Virus record (IMG/VR): IMGVR_UViG_2718218128_000003
Span: 1 to 21,516 of that record
Strand: one strand, 5' to 3'
Source of the DNA: a virus
Taxonomy: Duplodnaviria > Heunggongvirae > Uroviricota > Caudoviricetes
Length of the DNA stretch: 21,516 nt
The first letter of the stretch is position 1. Each line of letters starts with the position of its first letter. The notes beneath the pieces were generated by a model. The model searched no databases and had not been told where the DNA came from. It saw only the letters and a program-made list of their open reading frames with translations. The position numbers and the translations under genes are program-made. Below, piece after piece: positions 16,130 through 21,516 of the stretch.

Positions 16130-18730
16130 ATGAGCACAAAACCACTCTTCCTGTTACGGAAAGCGAAAAAATCATCCGGTGAACCTGACGTCGTCCTGTG
16201 GGCAAGCAACGATTTTGAATCGACCTGTGCCACTCTGGACTACCTGATCGTTAAGTCAGGTAAAAAACTGAGCAGCTATTTTAAAGCTGTTGCCACGAAT
16301 TTTCCTGTCGTTAATGACCTGCCCGCTGAAGGTGAGATCGATTTTACCTGGAGTGAACGCTATCAACTCAGCAAAGACTCCATGACATGGGAACTAAAAC
16401 CGGGAGCAGCACCAGACAACGCTCACTATCAAGGCAATACCAACGTCAACGGCGAAGACATGACTGAGATTGAGGAGAATATGCTACTCCCAATTTCTGG
16501 CCAGGAACTGCCCATTCGTTGGCTTGCTCAACACGGCAGCGAAAAACCGGTAACGCACGTTTCACGCGACGGACTCCAGGCATTACACATTGCTCGGGCT
16601 GAAGAACTACCGGCTGTTACTGCCCTGGCTGTTTCCCACAAAACCAGCCTGCTCGACCCGCTGGAAATTCGCGAACTCCACAAACTGGTTCGTGACACTG
16701 ACAAAGTTTTCCCTAATCCTGGTAATTCAAACCTGGGACTGATAACTGCTTTTTTCGAAGCATACCTGAACGCTGACTACACCGATCGAGGACTGCTGAC
16801 AAAAGAGTGGATGAAGGGTAATCGTGTTTCACACATCACTTGCACGGCTTCCGGTGCTAATGCTGGCGGCGGAAACCTCACCGATCGCGGCGAAGGTTTC
16901 GTACACGATCTGACGTCACTGGCGCGCGACGTAGCCACTGGCGTACTGGCCCGTTCAATGGATCTGGACATCTATAACCTTCATCCGGCACACGCTAAAC
17001 GCATTGAGGAAATTATCGCTGAAAATAAACCGCCCTTTTCTGTTTTCCGCGACAAATTCATCACCATGCCTGGCGGGCTGGATTATTCCCGCGCCATCGT
17101 GGTTGCGTCCGTAAAAGAAGCACCAATTGGGATCGAGGTCATCCCCGCGCACGTCACTGAATATCTGAACAAAGTACTGACTGAAACCGATCATGCCAAC
17201 CCTGATCCGGAAATCGTGGATATTGCCTGCGGTCGCTCCTCTGCCCCGATGCCGCAGCGAGTAACAGAAGAAGGAAAACAGGATGATGAAGAAAAACCGC
17301 AACCATCTGGAACAACGGCAGTTGAACAGGGAGAGGCTGAAACAATGGAACCGGACGCAACTGAACATCATCAGGACACGCAGCCGCTGGATGCTCAGTC
17401 ACAGGTAAATTCTGTTGATGCGAAATATCAGGAACTGCGGGCAGAACTCCATGAAGCCCGGAAAAACATTCCATCAAAAAATCCTGTCGATGCCGATAAA
17501 TTGCTTGCTGCATCACGTGGTGAATTTGTTGACGGAATTAGCGACCCGAACGATCCGAAATGGGTAAAGGGGATCCAGACTCGCGATTGTGTGTACCAGA
17601 ACCAGCCAGAAACGGAAAAAACCAGCCCAGATATGAATCAACCTGAGCCAGTAGTGCAACAGGAACCGGAAATAGCCTGCAATGCCTGCGGCCAGACTGG
17701 CGGGGATAACTGCCCTGACTGTGGTGCGGTGATGGGCGACGCAACATACCAGGAAACATTCGATGAAGAGAGTCAGGTTGAAGCTAAGGAAAATGATGCG
17801 GAGGAAATGGAAGGCGCTGAACATCCGCACAATGAGAATGCTGGCAGCGATCCGCATCGCGATTGCAGTGATGAAACTGGCGAAGTCGCAGATCCCGTAA
17901 TCGTAGAAGACATAGAGCCAGGTATTTATTACGGAATTTCGAATGAGAATTACCACGCGGGTCCCGGTATCAGTAAGTCTCAGCTCGATGACATTGCTGA
18001 TACTCCGGCACTATATTTGTGGCGTAAAAATGCCCCCGTGGACACCACAAAGACAAAAACGCTCGATTTAGGAACTGCTTTCCACTGCCGGGTACTTGAA
18101 CCGGAAGAATTCAGTAACCGCTTTATCGTAGCACCTGAATTTAACCGCCGTACAAACGCCGGAAAAGAAGAAGAGATAGCGTTTCTGATGGAATGCGCAA
18201 GAACAGGAAAAACGGTTATCACTGCGGAAGAAGGCCGGAAAATTGAACTCATGTATCAAAGCGTTATGGCTTTGCCGCTGGGGCAATGGCTTGTTGAAAG
18301 CGCCGGACACGCTGAATCATCAATTTACTGGGAAGATCCTGAAACAGGAATTTTGTGTCGGTGCCGTCCGGACAAAATTATCCCTGAATTTCACTGGATC
18401 ATGGACGTGAAAACTACGGCGGATATTCAACGATTCAAAACCGCTTATTACGACTACCGCTATCACGTTCAGGATGCATTCTACAGTGACGGTTATGAAG
18501 CACAGTTTGGAGTGCAGCCAACTTTCGTTTTTCTGGTTGCCAGCACAACTATTGAATGCGGACGTTATCCGGTTGAAATTTTCATGATGGGCGAAGAAGC
18601 AAAACTGGCAGGTCAACAGGAATATCACCGCAATCTGCGAACCCTGTCTGACTGCCTGAATACCGATGAATGGCCAGCTATTAAGACATTATCACTGCCC
18701 CGCTGGGCTAAGGAATATGCAAATGACTAA
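16130..18730 (+). CDS. recE: Exodeoxyribonuclease VIII (RecE)
   Basis: 866-aa ORF whose length and sequence match RecE as recalled. Confidence 0.95.
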   Translation: MSTKPLFLLRKAKKSSGEPDVVLWASNDFESTCATLDYLIVKSGKKLSSYFKAVATNFPVVNDLPAEGEIDFTWSERYQLSKDSMTWELKPGAAPDNAHYQGNTNVNGEDMTEIEENMLLPISGQELPIRWLAQHGSEKPVTHVSRDGLQALHIARAEELPAVTALAVSHKTSLLDPLEIRELHKLVRDTDKVFPNPGNSNLGLITAFFEAYLNADYTDRGLLTKEWMKGNRVSHITCTASGANAGGGNLTDRGEGFVHDLTSLARDVATGVLARSMDLDIYNLHPAHAKRIEEIIAENKPPFSVFRDKFITMPGGLDYSRAIVVASVKEAPIGIEVIPAHVTEYLNKVLTETDHANPDPEIVDIACGRSSAPMPQRVTEEGKQDDEEKPQPSGTTAVEQGEAETMEPDATEHHQDTQPLDAQSQVNSVDAKYQELRAELHEARKNIPSKNPVDADKLLAASRGEFVDGISDPNDPKWVKGIQTRDCVYQNQPETEKTSPDMNQPEPVVQQEPEIACNACGQTGGDNCPDCGAVMGDATYQETFDEESQVEAKENDAEEMEGAEHPHNENAGSDPHRDCSDETGEVADPVIVEDIEPGIYYGISNENYHAGPGISKSQLDDIADTPALYLWRKNAPVDTTKTKTLDLGTAFHCRVLEPEEFSNRFIVAPEFNRRTNAGKEEEIAFLMECARTGKTVITAEEGRKIELMYQSVMALPLGQWLVESAGHAESSIYWEDPETGILCRCRPDKIIPEFHWIMDVKTTADIQRFKTAYYDYRYHVQDAFYSDGYEAQFGVQPTFVFLVASTTIECGRYPVEIFMMGEEAKLAGQQEYHRNLRTLSDCLNTDEWPAIKTLSLPRWAKEYAND

Positions 18731-19532
18731 GCAACCACCAATCGCAAAAGCCGATCTGCAAAAAACTCAGGGAAACCGTGCACCAGCAGCAGTTAAAAAT
18801 AGCGACGTGATTAGTTTTATTAACCAGCCATCAATGAAAGAGCAACTGGCAGCAGCTCTTCCACGCCATATGACGGCTGAACGTATGATCCGTATCGCCA
18901 CCACAGAAATTCGTAAAGTTCCGGCGTTAGGAAACTGTGACACTATGAGTTTTGTCAGTGCGATCGTACAGTGTTCACAGCTCGGACTTGAGCCAGGTAG
19001 CGCCCTCGGTCATGCATATTTACTGCCTTTTGGTAATAAAAACGAAAAGAGCGGTAAAAAGAACGTTCAGCTAATCATTGGCTATCGCGGCATGATTGAT
19101 CTGGCTCGCCGTTCTGGTCAAATCGCCAGCCTGTCAGCCCGTGTTGTCCGTGAAGGTGACGAGTTTAGCTTCGAATTTGGCCTTGATGAAAAGTTAATAC
19201 ACCGCCCGGGAGAAAACGAAGATGCCCCGGTTACCCACGTCTATGCTGTCGCAAGACTGAAAGACGGAGGTACTCAGTTTGAAGTTATGACGCGCAAACA
19301 GATTGAGCTGGTGCGCAGCCTGAGTAAAGCTGGTAATAACGGGCCGTGGGTAACTCACTGGGAAGAAATGGCAAAGAAAACGGCTATTCGTCGCCTGTTC
19401 AAATATCTGCCCGTATCAATTGAGATCCAGCGTGCAGTATCAATGGATGAAAAGGAACCACTGACAATCGATCCTGCAGATTCCTCTGTATTAACCGGGG
19501 AATACAGTGTAATCGATAATTCAGAGGAATAA
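18723..19532 (+). CDS. recT: Recombinase RecT (single-strand annealing protein)
   Basis: 269 aa from [16 protein letters not shown]...; start overlaps the recE stop (ATGACTAA). Confidence 0.95.
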   Translation: MTKQPPIAKADLQKTQGNRAPAAVKNSDVISFINQPSMKEQLAAALPRHMTAERMIRIATTEIRKVPALGNCDTMSFVSAIVQCSQLGLEPGSALGHAYLLPFGNKNEKSGKKNVQLIIGYRGMIDLARRSGQIASLSARVVREGDEFSFEFGLDEKLIHRPGENEDAPVTHVYAVARLKDGGTQFEVMTRKQIELVRSLSKAGNNGPWVTHWEEMAKKTAIRRLFKYLPVSIEIQRAVSMDEKEPLTIDPADSSVLTGEYSVIDNSEE

Positions 19533-19588
19533 TTCAGCCTGGCGGTGTAATGCACCGCCAACTTGAAATATTTTTTATGAGAAAAATT

Positions 19589-19783
19589 ATGAGATATGAC
19601 AATGTTAAACCATGTCCATTTTGTGGTTGTCCATCAGTAACGGTGAAAGCCATTTCAGGATATTACCGAGCGAAGTGTAACGGATGCGAATCCCGAACCG
19701 GTTATGGTGGAAGTGAAAAAGAAGCACTCGAAAGATGGAATAAACGAACCACTGGAAATAATAATGGAGGTATTCATGTATAA
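19589..19783 (+). CDS. ralR: Restriction alleviation protein Lar/RalR
   Basis: 64 aa, MRYDNVKPCPFCGCPSVTVKAISGYYRAKCNGCESRTGYGG... Confidence 0.85.
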   Translation: MRYDNVKPCPFCGCPSVTVKAISGYYRAKCNGCESRTGYGGSEKEALERWNKRTTGNNNGGIHV

Positions 19784-19985
19784 AATTACCGCCACTATTG
19801 AAAAGGAAGGTGGCACTCCTACTAACTGGACAAGATATTCAAAATCTAAACTAACGAAATCAGAATGCGAAAAAATGCTCTCAGGTAAAAAAGAAGCAGG
19901 CGTTTCCAGAGAGCAGAAAGTAAAACTGATAAATTTTAATTGCGAGAAACTTCAGTCCTCGAGAATTGCATTGTATTCAAATTAA
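19776..19985 (+). CDS. ydaC: YdaC (DUF1187) small protein
   Basis: 69 aa, MYKITATIEKEGGTPTNWTRYSK..., with GGAGG upstream; overlaps the ralR end by 8 nt. Confidence 0.8.
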   Translation: MYKITATIEKEGGTPTNWTRYSKSKLTKSECEKMLSGKKEAGVSREQKVKLINFNCEKLQSSRIALYSN

Positions 19986-20063
19986 AACTTCATAGCTGAT
20001 TATTAATAATCAACATCGGGCGTCAATTTCAGTCTAACATTGGCGCCTGCCAGAGGTGATGCG

Positions 20064-20279
20064 ATGGCACAAGTAATCTTTAATGAAGAGTGGATGGTTG
20101 AATACGGCCTGATGCTTCGCACTGGTCTGGGGGCCAGACAAATTGAAGCATACCGCCAGAACTGTTGGGTGGAGGGCTTCCACTTCAAACGAGTATCTCC
20201 TTTAGGTAAGCCAGACAGCAAACGAGGGATTATCTGGTACAACTATCCAAAGATAAATCAGTTTATCAAAGACTCATGA
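20064..20279 (+). CDS. xisR: Excisionase
   Basis: 71 aa, [35 protein letters not shown]..., with GAGGTG upstream; immediately precedes int. Confidence 0.8.
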   Translation: MAQVIFNEEWMVEYGLMLRTGLGARQIEAYRQNCWVEGFHFKRVSPLGKPDSKRGIIWYNYPKINQFIKDS

Positions 20280-20280
20280 T

Positions 20281-21516
20281 ATGTCTAAATTACCAACAGG
20301 TGTCGAGATTAGAGGTAGATACATTCGCATCTGGTTCATGTTTCGAGGAAAACGATGTCGGGAAACATTAAAAGGCTGGGAGATTACAAACAGTAATATT
20401 AAAAAGGCCGGAAATTTAAGAGCGCTGATAGTTCATGAAATAAACTCCGGTGAATTTGAGTATTTAAGACGTTTTCCCCAGTCCAGCACTGGGGCAAAAA
20501 TGGTGACAACGAGAGTCATAAAAACGTTCGGAGAGCTTTGTGATATCTGGACAAAAATTAAAGAGACAGAGTTAACAACAAACACAATGAAGAAAACGAA
20601 ATCACAATTAAAAACACTCAGAATAATAATTTGTGAAAGTACCCCGATATCACATATTCGTTATAGCGATATCTTAAACTACCGGAATGAACTGCTGCAT
20701 GGAGAAACGCTTTACCTGGATAATCCAAGATCCAACAAAAAAGGAAGAACCGTGCGCACAGTTGATAACTATATCGCCCTGCTCTGTTCGCTGTTGCGTT
20801 TTGCGTATCAGTCGGGATTTATATCAACCAAACCATTTGAAGGAGTAAAAAAATTACAGCGAAACAGAATAAAGCCTGATCCGTTATCTAAAACAGAATT
20901 CAATGCATTAATGGAAAGTGAAAAAGGACAGAGCCAGAACTTGTGGAAATTTGCCGTTTACTCAGGACTTCGTCACGGGGAACTGGCAGCTCTGGCGTGG
21001 GAGGATGTGGATCTCGAAAAGGGAATAGTGAATGTCAGAAGAAACCTGACGATACTTGATATGTTCGGTCCCCCAAAAACAAATGCCGGGATCCGAACAG
21101 TAACACTACTGCAGCCTGCTCTTGAAGCACTGAAGGAGCAATACAAACTGACCGGGCATCATCGCAAAAGCGAAATCACCTTTTATCATCGGGAGTACGG
21201 CAGAACCGAAAAGCAAAAACTGCATTTTGTTTTCATGCCCAGGGTGTGTAACGGAAAACAAAAACCTTATTACTCGGTAAGCAGTTTGGGGGCAAGGTGG
21301 AATGCAGCAGTAAAACGTGCTGGTATTCGCCGCCGTAATCCGTACCATACGCGGCATACTTTTGCCTGCTGGCTGTTGACGGCAGGAGCGAACCCGGCAT
21401 TTATAGCCAGCCAAATGGGGCATGAAACTGCGCAGATGGTGTATGAAATTTACGGTATGTGGATTGATGACATGAACGACGAACAGATAGCCATGTTGAA
21501 TGCGCGCTTATCGTAG
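20281..21516 (+). CDS. intR: Tyrosine integrase
   Basis: 411 aa with C-terminal catalytic residues (...HTRHTFACWLL...YGMW...); the window ends at its stop codon. Confidence 0.95.
   Translation: MSKLPTGVEIRGRYIRIWFMFRGKRCRETLKGWEITNSNIKKAGNLRALIVHEINSGEFEYLRRFPQSSTGAKMVTTRVIKTFGELCDIWTKIKETELTTNTMKKTKSQLKTLRIIICESTPISHIRYSDILNYRNELLHGETLYLDNPRSNKKGRTVRTVDNYIALLCSLLRFAYQSGFISTKPFEGVKKLQRNRIKPDPLSKTEFNALMESEKGQSQNLWKFAVYSGLRHGELAALAWEDVDLEKGIVNVRRNLTILDMFGPPKTNAGIRTVTLLQPALEALKEQYKLTGHHRKSEITFYHREYGRTEKQKLHFVFMPRVCNGKQKPYYSVSSLGARWNAAVKRAGIRRRNPYHTRHTFACWLLTAGANPAFIASQMGHETAQMVYEIYGMWIDDMNDEQIAMLNARLS

Larger units (their letters stand above)
1..21516. mobile_element. Defective Rac-like lambdoid prophage (tail-fibre remnant through integrase), inverted relative to the K-12 Rac map; att sites lie outside the window
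   Basis: Gene order and protein sequences match what I recall of K-12 Rac (trkG, sieB, kilR, ydaE, racC, recE 866 aa, recT 269 aa, ralR, ydaC, xisR, intR 411 aa, tfaR). No capsid, tail-shaft, replication or repressor genes are present. Confidence 0.85.

Noticed and set aside
16120-16145. Apparent extra A at the recE start when counting bases by eye, which would imply a frameshift
   Set aside because: The supplied ORF track gives one continuous 866-aa frame from 16130, so I attribute this to my miscounting an A-run.
16777-19561. Minus-strand ORFs inside recE and recT (16777..16971, 16955..17371, 17154..17516, 17513..17956, 17538..17759, 17980..18252, 18068..18310, 18320..18628, 19355..19561)
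   Set aside because: All lie antisense within the recE and recT coding sequences; shadow ORFs.
19537-19576. GC hairpin (GGCGGTG/CACCGCC) after recT as a terminator
   Set aside because: The T-run is about 11 nt away from the stem and ralR follows immediately in the same operon; not called.
3738-20040. N-terminal extensions in several track ORFs (trkG, holin, HTH protein, sieB, kilR, racC, recT, ralR, ydaC, xisR)
   Set aside because: The track reports the longest ORF, often from TTG or GTG. Internal ATGs with a Shine-Dalgarno and protein lengths matching the known Rac proteins were preferred.

Overview
This 21.5-kb window reads as one defective lambdoid prophage of the E. coli Rac type, in the opposite orientation to the K-12 map. 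All calls come from reading the sequence and the supplied ORF track against remembered protein families; no searches were run, and hand-derived coordinates for ORFs shorter than the track threshold may be off by a base or two. Minus strand, 1-14.8 kb: tail-fibre assembly gene; a chimeric ORF joining a ParB-like nuclease N-terminus to a side-tail-fibre C-terminus; trkG; a phage-21-like lysis cassette (Rz/Rz1, SAR endolysin, dual-start holin); two lipoproteins resembling TolA C-terminal domain; a Q-like antiterminator; a ybcO-like gene with an in-frame stop; a DUF1367-like gene; a hok-type toxin; an AT-rich cargo island with an unassigned 349-aa TPR protein and a GmrSD-family nuclease; an HTH protein; sieB. 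Plus strand, 15.3-21.5 kb: kilR-ydaE-racC-recE-recT-ralR-ydaC-xisR-intR, ending at the integrase stop. I found no head or tail-shaft genes, no replication or repressor genes, and no tRNA, rRNA, CRISPR or IS element. The best candidates for something undescribed are the TolA-like lipoprotein pair and the 349-aa protein in the AT-rich island.
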